Part shown: positions 38,684 through 47,644 of the stretch, one piece after another | Layout: each line of letters starts with the position of its first letter | How positions within the stretch are numbered: the first letter of the stretch is position 1 | Assembly: GCF_000317515.1 (NCBI RefSeq) | Contig: NC_019738.1 | Span: 2,001,623-2,065,622 of the forward strand | Origin: Allocoleopsis franciscana PCC 7113 | GTDB lineage: Bacteria > Cyanobacteriota > Cyanobacteriia > Cyanobacteriales > Coleofasciculaceae | Length of the DNA stretch: 64,000 bases | Direction of reading: 5' to 3' | Translations under genes and position numbers: made by a program | Notes under the pieces: generated by a model | What the model was told of the DNA's origin: nothing | What the model saw: the letters and a program-made list of their open reading frames with translations, nothing else | Databases searched by the model: none

Positions 38684-40229
38684 ACAGTTGCCGAGTGCCT
38701 TCAATGTGGCAGCTTATTTCTTGAACAGCAATATAGAACGGGGAAATAGCCAAAAAGTCGCCTGTTTTTATCAGGACGATACCTATACTTACGATCAACT
38801 CAACCGCTTTGTCCAACGCACGGCGCGATCGCTCCTCACTCTCGATTTAGAGCGGGAAAATAGGATTGCCATTCTTTTGCCTGATACTCCCGAGTTAGTC
38901 TTTGCCTTTTGGGGAGCAATTTGGATGGGTGCCGTACCTGTTCCCATTAACACCGCCTGTAGCATTGATGAAATCCAGTATATTCTGCAAGACTCGCGAG
39001 CCAAAATCTTACTGACGACTCAGGAATGGCAAAAGAAACTCACTCCCATTCCGTCTCAGTTTTTGCAGCACATTCTACTCAAAGATGGAGACAACCCATT
39101 TTTATCCCGACTCACCCAACAGCCTGACGAACCCTTCCCCTGTGCCGAAACCTCTCGCGACGAACCCGCCTTCTGGCTTTACACCTCCGGCAGTACAGGC
39201 AAACCCAAAGGGGTGGTTCACTTGCATCAAAGCATGGTGGTTTGTGCTGAACGCTATGCTAAAGCCACACTTGGCTTGCAACCCGATGACATCACCTATT
39301 CGGTTGCCAAGGTGCCTTTCGCCTACGGTTTAGGAAATACGCTTTATATGCCAATGGCAGTCGGTGCAGCCACCGTATTGTCAGATGCCAGCAACGCATT
39401 TGATATTATCTCCGACATTCAGCGCTATCAACCGACCGTCTTTTTTGGCATCCCCAGTATTTATGCCAACCTTCTCGCCGTACAGGATATCGCACCTTTA
39501 GATGTCTCCTCCCTGCGCTTATGCATCTCTGCCGCCGAACAGCTTCCTGAGAGTATCTGGCAAAAGTGGCGAGAGACTTACAACCGGGAAATTTGTGAAG
39601 GAATTGGCACAACTGAGTTTTTGCACATTTTTCTTGCCAACCGCTTAGGTGAGTGCAAACCTGGCACCTCCGGTCGCCCCGTTCCGGGTTACGATGTCCG
39701 AGTCGTTGATGAAAATGGACTTCCCTGTCCTCCAGGCGAGATTGGCGACCTTTTGGTAAGTGGAGAAAGCCTGATGTTGGGGTACTGGAACCGACTCCGA
39801 GAAACGCGGCAAGCACTCTATGGCAACACCATGCGAACGGGGGATAAGTATCTGTGTGATGCTGACGGCTATTTTAAGTTTATGGGTCGTAAGGACGATT
39901 TGTTTAAAGTAAACGGTCAGTGGGTTTCTCCTTTGGAAATTGAGGATATCTTGCACCAGCATCCCCAAGTGCTAGAAGTGGCGGTGGTTCCTGAATCTAA
40001 TGAGGGCGAACAACTCACTCGAGTCGTTGCTTATGTCAGCCTCAAACCCGGACAAGAACCGTCCCCTGAATTGGAAACTAGTATTTGTAAATTTGCCAAA
40101 CAGCAACTTCCTCATTTTAAGGCTCCAAAAACCGTGCGCTTTGTGGAACAGTTACCGCGTACTGCGACGGGGAAAATTCACCGGAAATTGATAGGAAAAA
40201 ATCAAGTCCTAGCTGTAGGCACTCACTGA
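38667..40229 (+). CDS. Aryl-CoA ligase of the benzoate-CoA ligase family (candidate salicylate/aryl acid activating enzyme)
   Basis: NVAAYFLNSN, FWLYTSGSTGKPKGVVHLH, VPFAYGLGNTLYMP, MRTGDKY, RKDDLFKVNGQWVSP, LPRTATGKIHRKL. These are typical of the BadA/BclA-type family. Confidence 0.8.
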   Translation: MKSVSEQLPSAFNVAAYFLNSNIERGNSQKVACFYQDDTYTYDQLNRFVQRTARSLLTLDLERENRIAILLPDTPELVFAFWGAIWMGAVPVPINTACSIDEIQYILQDSRAKILLTTQEWQKKLTPIPSQFLQHILLKDGDNPFLSRLTQQPDEPFPCAETSRDEPAFWLYTSGSTGKPKGVVHLHQSMVVCAERYAKATLGLQPDDITYSVAKVPFAYGLGNTLYMPMAVGAATVLSDASNAFDIISDIQRYQPTVFFGIPSIYANLLAVQDIAPLDVSSLRLCISAAEQLPESIWQKWRETYNREICEGIGTTEFLHIFLANRLGECKPGTSGRPVPGYDVRVVDENGLPCPPGEIGDLLVSGESLMLGYWNRLRETRQALYGNTMRTGDKYLCDADGYFKFMGRKDDLFKVNGQWVSPLEIEDILHQHPQVLEVAVVPESNEGEQLTRVVAYVSLKPGQEPSPELETSICKFAKQQLPHFKAPKTVRFVEQLPRTATGKIHRKLIGKNQVLAVGTH

Positions 40230-40253
40230 AAAAGTATTGACAAGGAGATATTA

Positions 40254-41576
40254 ATGGTTACAGAATTAAAAACCGCTCTATCGTATCAAGAAACTTTTGT
40301 ATCGGGCAGAAGGAATGCAGTAGCGGTTTTACAGAATTTTTTGAAAGCGGGTATTTTTTCCAATTATGTGATGTATGAAAAAGACAACGAAGTTCGCATT
40401 GCGGGCAATGAGCTAGCCAAGGTGTCCGTCAGCAAAACTACAGTCTGTCTTGAGGGTATGGGGAAATCTTCCTCTCAACCTGTCAGCGATCCGTTTAAAC
40501 AAGTCGGTGATTTACTGAGGTCTTTATCTATTAAAAATTGGACCGCTTATGGTTATGTAGCCTTTGACATGGCTGGCTTCTATTCGTCCTACTCTAAAGC
40601 AATGGAGCAGCCACTTCTTTATTTATTAGTTCCTGAAACCGAACTGCGTTTTACGTCAGAAGGCGTTCATGTTAAAAGCACCAGTTCATTAGAGCAAATT
40701 CGAGAACTACTATCTATTGATAGCAAGCTCCCCGATTATGTACCCATCTCTCTCGCTGAAGATTTCGCGGACTGCGAAAATTACTCCCACCGTATTGAGA
40801 GGTTAATTGAGGCAATTCAAAATGATGAATTGCATAAAGCTATTATCTCTCGCTCCAAGAAACTTATCGGCAATTTGGATGTATTGGGAACTTATGCCGT
40901 TGGAGCCAAAGCGAATAATTCAGCGCGTTCCTATTGTCTAAATATAGGAGACGTGCGTGCGGTTGGCTTTAGTCCTGAAATTTTGATGCAAGTTAATAAA
41001 GACGGGTTTGTCGTGACGAATCCTTTAGCAGCAACTCGTCCTCGCGGTCAATCTAGTGAAGAGGATGCACGCTTCAATGATGAACTTTTCACCGATGCTA
41101 AGGAGGTGAAAGAACACGCACTTTCTATCTGGTTGGCACAAAGCGAACTGAGTTCATTTTGCTTTCCAGAAACGGTTCGGGTTTTTAATTTTATGGAGGT
41201 GAAAAAATATCGCTGTGTGCAGCACCTTTCTTCGAGAGCTGGCGGTCAGCTAAAAGATGGAAATACGTTGTGGGATGCGTTGAAGGTTTTGTTTCCAGGT
41301 ATTACTGTTTCTGGAATTGATAAACAAAAAGCTTTAGATTGGATCGATCGCTTGGAGGACGAACCGAGAGGAATTTATGCGGGTGGTATTGGTTGGGTTG
41401 ATAGTAATGGGGAATCGGATTTAGCGATCGCAATTCGTTCTGTCTACCAGTACGGCAATGAAATCTACCTCAATGCTGGAGCGGGTATTGTTGCTGAATC
41501 AGTGCCTCAAAATGAGTATATCGAGTCGGTTAACAAAATGAATACGATGCTGACGAATTTAGTTTTGCAATCTTGA
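40254..41576 (+). CDS. Chorismate-utilising enzyme (salicylate synthase / isochorismate synthase family)
   Basis: 440 aa. C-terminal chorismate-binding signature PRGIYAGGIGWVDSNGESDLAIAIRS. Size fits MbtI/Irp9-like salicylate synthases. Confidence 0.7.
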   Translation: MVTELKTALSYQETFVSGRRNAVAVLQNFLKAGIFSNYVMYEKDNEVRIAGNELAKVSVSKTTVCLEGMGKSSSQPVSDPFKQVGDLLRSLSIKNWTAYGYVAFDMAGFYSSYSKAMEQPLLYLLVPETELRFTSEGVHVKSTSSLEQIRELLSIDSKLPDYVPISLAEDFADCENYSHRIERLIEAIQNDELHKAIISRSKKLIGNLDVLGTYAVGAKANNSARSYCLNIGDVRAVGFSPEILMQVNKDGFVVTNPLAATRPRGQSSEEDARFNDELFTDAKEVKEHALSIWLAQSELSSFCFPETVRVFNFMEVKKYRCVQHLSSRAGGQLKDGNTLWDALKVLFPGITVSGIDKQKALDWIDRLEDEPRGIYAGGIGWVDSNGESDLAIAIRSVYQYGNEIYLNAGAGIVAESVPQNEYIESVNKMNTMLTNLVLQS

Positions 41577-41594
41577 TAACGACGAGATAGCTGC

Positions 41595-42026
41595 ATGAAT
41601 ATTATCGGTCATGGGATTGACATTGTGGACGTGAGATGCATCCAAGAACTTGTCGAACAAACGGGGGAGTGTTTTGAACGTCAATGCCTCACGGCTGCGG
41701 AACTCAATGCTTCGGGGTTCCGTACTCACCGCTTTGAGTATCTTGCTAGCCGTCTCGCTGCCAAAAAAGCGGTTCAAAAAGCGCTCGGTGGAGATTGCCA
41801 ACAGCCTATCTCGTGGCATGAGATTGAGATCCAAAAGCTACCGACGGGTGAACCGTTTGTCGTGCTGTATGCCACTACCCTTGAAATTGCCGCGAAACTT
41901 GGCATTACCAAGTGGCTGCTGAGTATCAGCCATACCCCATCTTATGCGACAGCCAGTGCGATCGCCCTTCAGGCGCTGGCAAAGCCAATTGCCCTTCTAT
42001 TCTCCAACAGTGGTGCACCTTACTAA
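41595..42026 (+). CDS. AcpS-type 4'-phosphopantetheinyl transferase (second copy)
   Basis: 143 aa. MNIIGHGIDIVDV, LASRLAAKKAVQKALGG and SISHTPSYATASAIA match AcpS motifs. Confidence 0.75.
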   Translation: MNIIGHGIDIVDVRCIQELVEQTGECFERQCLTAAELNASGFRTHRFEYLASRLAAKKAVQKALGGDCQQPISWHEIEIQKLPTGEPFVVLYATTLEIAAKLGITKWLLSISHTPSYATASAIALQALAKPIALLFSNSGAPY

Positions 42027-42168
42027 CTGTCAACTGTACAGTCATCTACCGAAATAAATAAAGTTGACATGGCAAACGAACTGTTTTATTGTTACTTGAG
42101 TTAATGATACTATTTCTCAATAATTTACTTGAGTTGCTGAGAGTAACTCAATTCCTGGGGGTGAGGAC
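42027..42168. promoter_or_regulatory. Promoter region of the TonB-dependent receptor gene with a Fur-box-like element and a direct repeat
   Basis: ttgaca at 42064-42069. tgatactatttctca at 42104-42118 matches the Fur 7-1-7 consensus TGATAATnATTATCA at 11 of 14 positions. ttacttgagtt is repeated at 42092-42102 and 42125-42135. Confidence 0.35.
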
Positions 42169-44757
42169 GTGGACACTCGATTGAAACTACAACAATTATT
42201 TCCTAGTTTTTTGTTCGCTAGCACGGTTTCTGTACTCGTTGCAGCTCCGGCTTTTGCTCAAGTTATACAAGTAACAGGCGTGCGTGTCTCTGCCACATCG
42301 AGCGGAGTTAATGTGATTTTAGAGACCAATTCAGACACTATTCCCCAAGTGTCTACGGCAAGCTTGGATAAGACGTTACTGACTGATATTTTCAATACTC
42401 AACTGCGTCTACCAGATGGTCAAGCGTTTCGTCAAGACAACCCGGTGGAAGGGATTTCGTCTGTCACGGTGACTCAGCAATCTCCAAACACCATTCGAGT
42501 TGCGGTAACGGGTACAACAGAGGTGCCGACGGTTCAACTTAGTCCCAGTCCATCAGGATTCGTCCTGAGCCTGAGTACTCCATCGGCTACGGCTCAAACT
42601 CCATCAACTGAAACTCCTACAGCACAAGAGCCTCAAACTCAGCCGCCTACCGCACCTGAAGTCACCACCCCTTCAGAGGATAAACCCGAAGCCCCGACGG
42701 CTGCACCCGAGCCAGAAGAGGAGATTGAAATCGTGGTGACGGGGGAACAAGATGAAGATAGATACTTTGCCCCCAATGCCAGCACCGCGACGCGCACCGA
42801 TACTCCACTGCGCGACATTCCTCAGTCAATTCAGGTGATTCCGCAAGAGGTAATTAAAGATCAACAGGCAACCGATTTAAGAGATGTCCTAAGTAACTTG
42901 AGTGGCGTAACACCCAGTGGCTCAGCCGGTAATGCGGTTACTAATTTTACGATTCGAGGATTTCAACAGGCACCCATCTTACGCGACGGCTTTAGACAAA
43001 ATCCTTTGAATCGGGGAGTACCACAACTTGCCGACCTCGAGCGGGTTGAAGTTCTCAGAGGCCCTGCATCAATTTTATACGGTGAGGTGCAGCCAGGAGG
43101 TGTGATTAACCTAGTGAGTAAACAGCCCCTCACTGAGCCATTTTATGAAGCGGAACTGCAAATTGGCAACCGCGAGCTGTTTCGACCCCGGATTGACATT
43201 TCAGGTCCATTGACAGCAAACCGCAGCTTGCTCTATCGCTTGAATTTGGCATACGAAAGCAGTGAACCGTTTCAAGACTTTGAGCAAGGATTTGAGCAAT
43301 TTCTGATTGCACCCGTAGTCACTTGGAAGCCGAGCGATCGCACAGATGTCACGTTTCGACTACAGTATTCTGATCGAGAAGCCCCCGCAGATAATGGTTT
43401 AGTTGCGTTTGGCAACCGAGTTGTTGATGTTCCTTTCGATACCATTACCACTTCTCCAAACGACCCTGGGATTCGGGAAAACAACTTCAGCATCGGGTAC
43501 GACTTAGAGCATCGCTTTAGCGACAACTGGCGACTTCGCAACGCCTTCCAGTTTTCGGATTTCTCAAGCGATATCGGTCTCAGGAATCCTTTCTTCATTA
43601 ATGAAACTACAGGAATTTTGGGTCGTGTTCCTGTTCGACAACAAACTGATACGCAAAATTATAATTTGCAAACCAATATTGTCGGGGAATTTGCCACAGG
43701 CTCGATCAAGCATACACTTTTGTTTGGAGTCGATCTTAATCGAATTGAAAATGCCCAACTCCTATGGGGAGGTTCCTTCGGCAATCCGTTGCCACTCAAT
43801 ATCTTCGCTCCTGATTATGGCGCAGATCCTAATATTGATTTTAAGACCTTACCCTTCTTATCTGGCTTTGGCCCTTCAAAAGTTCAAACCGATCGATTGG
43901 GAGTTTATATACAAGATCAAGTCAAGTTTCTAGACAACCTAATCCTAGTGGCAGGGCTTCGCTATGATACAGTAAACAGCACCAGCGCTCCTTTCCTTGA
44001 TGTAGACAATACTGGACCTGAAACGACTCAAAACGATGACGCACTAACCCCCCGAATTGGAATTGTCTATCAACCCATCCCAGCGATTTCGCTCTACGGC
44101 AGCTACTCCCGGTCATTTACACCCAGCAGCGAAACTACAGCCAACGGCGATCCGCTTGAACCAGAACGAGGTGAGGGATTTGAAGTTGGTGTCAAAGCCG
44201 AATTGCTCGAAGGTAGACTGTTGACCACCCTGGCATATTTTGACATCACCAAACAAAATGTTGCCACAGCCGATCCCAATAATTTGTTTGGGGTTGTGGC
44301 AGCGGGCGAACAGCGAAGTCGCGGGGTTGAGCTGGACGTGACTGGAGAAATCTTGCCGGGATGGAATATTATTGCCTCCTATGCCTACACCGATGCCGAA
44401 GTTACAGCAGACAACGAAATTCCTGTGGGCAATCGGTTGTTTAACGTCCCTGAACATAGTGCCAGTCTGTGGACGACCTATGAAATCCAACAGGGGAATT
44501 TGCAAGGCTTGGGTTTTGGTGTTGGATTTAACTTTGTTGGGGAACGTCAGGGCGATTTAGCCAATAGTTTTCAGGTAGACAGCTATTTTCTGACCAATGC
44601 GGCTATTTTTTATCGTCGCAACAACTGGCGAATTGGCCTCAACGTCAAGAACCTGTTCAATATCGACTACATTCAAGCGACTGATAATCTTAGGCGGGCT
44701 GGAATTGAACCAGGCGATCCGTTGACGATCATTGGCTCAGTTTCAGTGGAATTTTGA
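42169..44757 (+). CDS. TonB-dependent outer-membrane siderophore receptor
   Basis: Signal peptide. N-terminal extension, then Pro/Thr/Glu-rich linker. Plug domain (DTPLRDIPQSIQVIPQEV). Long beta-barrel ending in C-terminal aromatic SVSVEF. Confidence 0.85.
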   Translation: MDTRLKLQQLFPSFLFASTVSVLVAAPAFAQVIQVTGVRVSATSSGVNVILETNSDTIPQVSTASLDKTLLTDIFNTQLRLPDGQAFRQDNPVEGISSVTVTQQSPNTIRVAVTGTTEVPTVQLSPSPSGFVLSLSTPSATAQTPSTETPTAQEPQTQPPTAPEVTTPSEDKPEAPTAAPEPEEEIEIVVTGEQDEDRYFAPNASTATRTDTPLRDIPQSIQVIPQEVIKDQQATDLRDVLSNLSGVTPSGSAGNAVTNFTIRGFQQAPILRDGFRQNPLNRGVPQLADLERVEVLRGPASILYGEVQPGGVINLVSKQPLTEPFYEAELQIGNRELFRPRIDISGPLTANRSLLYRLNLAYESSEPFQDFEQGFEQFLIAPVVTWKPSDRTDVTFRLQYSDREAPADNGLVAFGNRVVDVPFDTITTSPNDPGIRENNFSIGYDLEHRFSDNWRLRNAFQFSDFSSDIGLRNPFFINETTGILGRVPVRQQTDTQNYNLQTNIVGEFATGSIKHTLLFGVDLNRIENAQLLWGGSFGNPLPLNIFAPDYGADPNIDFKTLPFLSGFGPSKVQTDRLGVYIQDQVKFLDNLILVAGLRYDTVNSTSAPFLDVDNTGPETTQNDDALTPRIGIVYQPIPAISLYGSYSRSFTPSSETTANGDPLEPERGEGFEVGVKAELLEGRLLTTLAYFDITKQNVATADPNNLFGVVAAGEQRSRGVELDVTGEILPGWNIIASYAYTDAEVTADNEIPVGNRLFNVPEHSASLWTTYEIQQGNLQGLGFGVGFNFVGERQGDLANSFQVDSYFLTNAAIFYRRNNWRIGLNVKNLFNIDYIQATDNLRRAGIEPGDPLTIIGSVSVEF

Positions 44758-44900
44758 CTTTACTTGGTATCCTCCTTTCATCAGGACTTACGCAAAACCT
44801 CTATTTGTAGAGTGTGTTAGCGTAGCGTAACGCACCATCTCCTCTATAAGTGGTGTAGGTGCGTAAGTCCTGTTCATAAAAGGAAGGGAGTCGAAATTTC

Positions 44901-46013
44901 TTGGCAAGGGGGGATTGGGAAAGCCGGATTTTCACTCATGAAGTAGAGATGAGAACAAAGAATCAATTTATTAAGCTTCTGGTATTAGCAGTACTCACAG
45001 CGTTTGTAGTGGCGGCTTGTAATGGAACAGCCAATAAGCTCACTGCTGATGACGACAATCCCCTGATTAGATCATCTGCAACGTCAGCAAACTGCCGCAC
45101 CATTGAGCATCAAATGGGAGAAACCGAAGTTTGTGGTCAGCCCCAGAGGATTGTGGTGCTTGGTCCTTCTGTCCTAGAATTGCTCCTAGCTCTAGACGTT
45201 CAACCGACTGGGTTCGCTGACCAGGTAACGTGGCATAGAGGAAATTACGATAACCCCGGTCAACAAATTCCTTATCTGGGAAGCCGAGTAACCAGTCAGT
45301 TGAAGAATGTAGGCTCGGTTTCTGAACCGTCTATCGAAGCCATTCTCAGTGTTCAGCCCGACTTGATTTTAGGCACTCAGTACAATGCCAATCAATATAA
45401 GGTATTTTCTAAGATTGCTCCAACCTTGCTGCTCAGTCGGAATGATAATGATATAGAAAAAAGTTTGCGGGCGATTGCCAAGGCTGTAGGAAAGTCTGAC
45501 CAAGCCGAACAATTGCTAACGAAAACACAACAGCAAATTGCTTCGGCTCGTGAAACCTTTGCACGCACTGTTGCTACTCACCGCAAAGTATTGCTGCTCA
45601 GTGCAGTCAAATGGGAGGAGCTTTATTTAGGTGACTCTAACTTTGGTCTTTGCAGTTCCTTGCTTGAAGCTTTGGGATTTCAACTAGTTACACCACCTGG
45701 TTTAAATTTGTCTAAACCAGATACTCCAGTTCCCATTTCTCTCGAAATTCTACCTCAACTGAATGCCGCAGATTCAGTGATTATGTTTGGAGGCAATTTC
45801 AGCGAACTTAATAACACGAATAATTTTGAAGCCCACCAACTGTCACATCTGAAGCAAGCGTGGGCAAACAATGCGATCGCCCAATCCCTCAATGCCAGCA
45901 AAACTGGACGAGTGTATTTCATTGCTGGTTATCTATGCCGAGGTTTTCCCGGTCCGATTGGTACTGAGCTTTATCTGGAAGAACTTGAAAAGCAATTGCT
46001 CTCGCCAAGTTGA
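44901..46013 (+). CDS. Periplasmic iron-siderophore ABC transporter substrate-binding lipoprotein (FecB/FhuD-like). Likely true start at 44949.
   Basis: MRTKNQFIKLLVLAVLTAFVVAAC lipobox. Class III SBP-like sequence follows. Adjacent to the TonB-dependent receptor. Confidence 0.7.
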   Translation: MARGDWESRIFTHEVEMRTKNQFIKLLVLAVLTAFVVAACNGTANKLTADDDNPLIRSSATSANCRTIEHQMGETEVCGQPQRIVVLGPSVLELLLALDVQPTGFADQVTWHRGNYDNPGQQIPYLGSRVTSQLKNVGSVSEPSIEAILSVQPDLILGTQYNANQYKVFSKIAPTLLLSRNDNDIEKSLRAIAKAVGKSDQAEQLLTKTQQQIASARETFARTVATHRKVLLLSAVKWEELYLGDSNFGLCSSLLEALGFQLVTPPGLNLSKPDTPVPISLEILPQLNAADSVIMFGGNFSELNNTNNFEAHQLSHLKQAWANNAIAQSLNASKTGRVYFIAGYLCRGFPGPIGTELYLEELEKQLLSPS

Positions 46014-46449
46014 ACCTTACTGCCTACAGCTCCTTTGGATTACTGGTTGAGTCGAGGAGGCTGTTTCGCCTCGCCCCTCTCAGTGGGTGTGGTCAAAAGC
46101 TGTTGGTGACGAATAAGCTGTTCAGAATTTAAATCACTGCCGCAAAGCTCGGATTCAAAAGAATCATATTGCTTGTGCTATTTTAGTTTGGCTCAGGCTT
46201 AAAGATATTGCTTATCAGACGGGTCAAACTATTTATCAAATCAAATACGCACTTTTGTCAGAGTATTTAATTCAACAATTAAAACGACCGAATACTTTCA
46301 TGCGTTTTGTCTAGTTTTTTGGTAGAAGGCGCGGCGTAGCAGCGCCTGTGCTTGTGACAGTTGCGTAAGTCCTGAAAACAAGAAAATTGGAACACAGTTG
46401 GAGGCATTCTGGCACCCGATCAGGTACTCTCTCTGGATACCATCCTTTG

Positions 46450-47562
46450 CTAAGTTCGAGTTAGATAGCAGTGGCAATCAGGCTTTTCAATCAGCGTTTC
46501 AACCAAGGCATTTAGAGTCACTGCGGCTAAAAGACTACCACCAAGACTCCCTTGAATCGTAACGGACGGAATTGATGTTGCCATCAGTCGCCGCTTTGCT
46601 GCTGGGGCATGGCTAAAGCCAATCGGCATCCCAATCACAAGGGCTGGTTGAATTTGCTGTTGCTCAATCAGCTTACAGGCAGTAAGCAAGACGGAAGGGG
46701 CATATCCAATCACAAGTATGCATCCCTTTGGAATCTGTTGTAACCGTTGCTGCCATTGGTCATGATTCCAAAAGGCTTGCTCAGCTTCACTGACTCCAGT
46801 AATGTGAGGGTCATCAATCAGCGTTTCAAACGCGCATCCTAAATGGACTAACCGAGTTTGATCGAGGGCCGCCGCAACAACCGGAACATCGGTCAAGACT
46901 GGACACCCGACTTTCAGCGCATCCCGTGCAGCCGCGATCGCATTTTGGCTTAACTGAACCGAGTTCACCAAACTGACATCGCCACACGCCAGCACCAATT
47001 GATGCAGCAAATGGACGGTGATTTCAGAATAACCAGACAAATCAGGCAGCAGGTGTTGTAGGGATTCCTGAAATGCTTCTGGATGAGTATTTGTCTCTGC
47101 ATCCAGGTTAGTCCATAACTGATCGAGTTTTCCTAACCCCTCTTGGGCATCTACATCCAGTTGCTTCAGTTGTGCTAGGGCTTCAGCTTGAATGATTTGG
47201 CAGTTTTGATCACGTCCCAGCAATCCCTCCAAAGCAGATGCTGTTTGGCGGAGCCGGGTGATCTGCTGAATCACAGAGCGATATTGCTGCTGCAACTGAA
47301 TCATCAGGGTTGGATCGACGGTCTCTTCTGAATGGCTGTCTAGAAGTTGTCGAATGTGGGATAACTGAAAGCCTTGCTGTTTCAAAGCAATGACCCGCTG
47401 TAGCCGTTGCACATCCTGCTGAGTGTAGAGGCGGTAATTGCCTTCTGAGCGTTGTACTGGGGGAAGCAATTTGAGCGTGTGATAATGGCGTACCATGCGA
47501 GGGGTAACGCCACCGCCCACCGCATCCGTCAGTTCTTTAATCGTCAAGTGTTCGGTCTTCAT
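46450..47562 (-). CDS. coaR: CoaR-like cobalt-responsive regulator (MerR HTH fused to a precorrin isomerase CobH-like domain, C-terminal Cys-His-Cys)
   Basis: MerR HTH LTIKELTDAVGGGVTPRMVRHYHTLKLL. CobH-like segment GYAPSVLL ... VIGMPIGFSHAPAAKRRL ... GSLGGSLLAAVTLNAL. Terminal KPDCHCYL. Confidence 0.8.
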   Translation of the reverse strand: MKTEHLTIKELTDAVGGGVTPRMVRHYHTLKLLPPVQRSEGNYRLYTQQDVQRLQRVIALKQQGFQLSHIRQLLDSHSEETVDPTLMIQLQQQYRSVIQQITRLRQTASALEGLLGRDQNCQIIQAEALAQLKQLDVDAQEGLGKLDQLWTNLDAETNTHPEAFQESLQHLLPDLSGYSEITVHLLHQLVLACGDVSLVNSVQLSQNAIAAARDALKVGCPVLTDVPVVAAALDQTRLVHLGCAFETLIDDPHITGVSEAEQAFWNHDQWQQRLQQIPKGCILVIGYAPSVLLTACKLIEQQQIQPALVIGMPIGFSHAPAAKRRLMATSIPSVTIQGSLGGSLLAAVTLNALVETLIEKPDCHCYLTRT

Positions 47563-47644
47563 CCTTTCAGTTTACTCAAAACCTTGACATTGACACTAAT
47601 GTTAAGGTTTAGGCTGAAAGGGTAGGAATCTGACGTAAAAAAAC
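47563..47644. promoter_or_regulatory. Divergent coaR/coaT promoter-operator with tandem TTGACA and flanking 8-bp inverted repeat
   Basis: cctttcag (47563-47570) pairs with ctgaaagg (47614-47621). ttgacattgaca at 47584-47595. Confidence 0.4.

Noticed and set aside
39406-39968. Minus-strand ORFs antisense to the aryl-CoA ligase and 43130..44505 ORFs antisense to the TonB receptor
   Set aside because: Nested opposite well-supported genes, with no motifs.
46040-46070. Hairpin gaggc-tgtttc-gcctc after the binding-protein gene as terminator
   Set aside because: Stem only 5 bp and no U-tract. Too weak to call.
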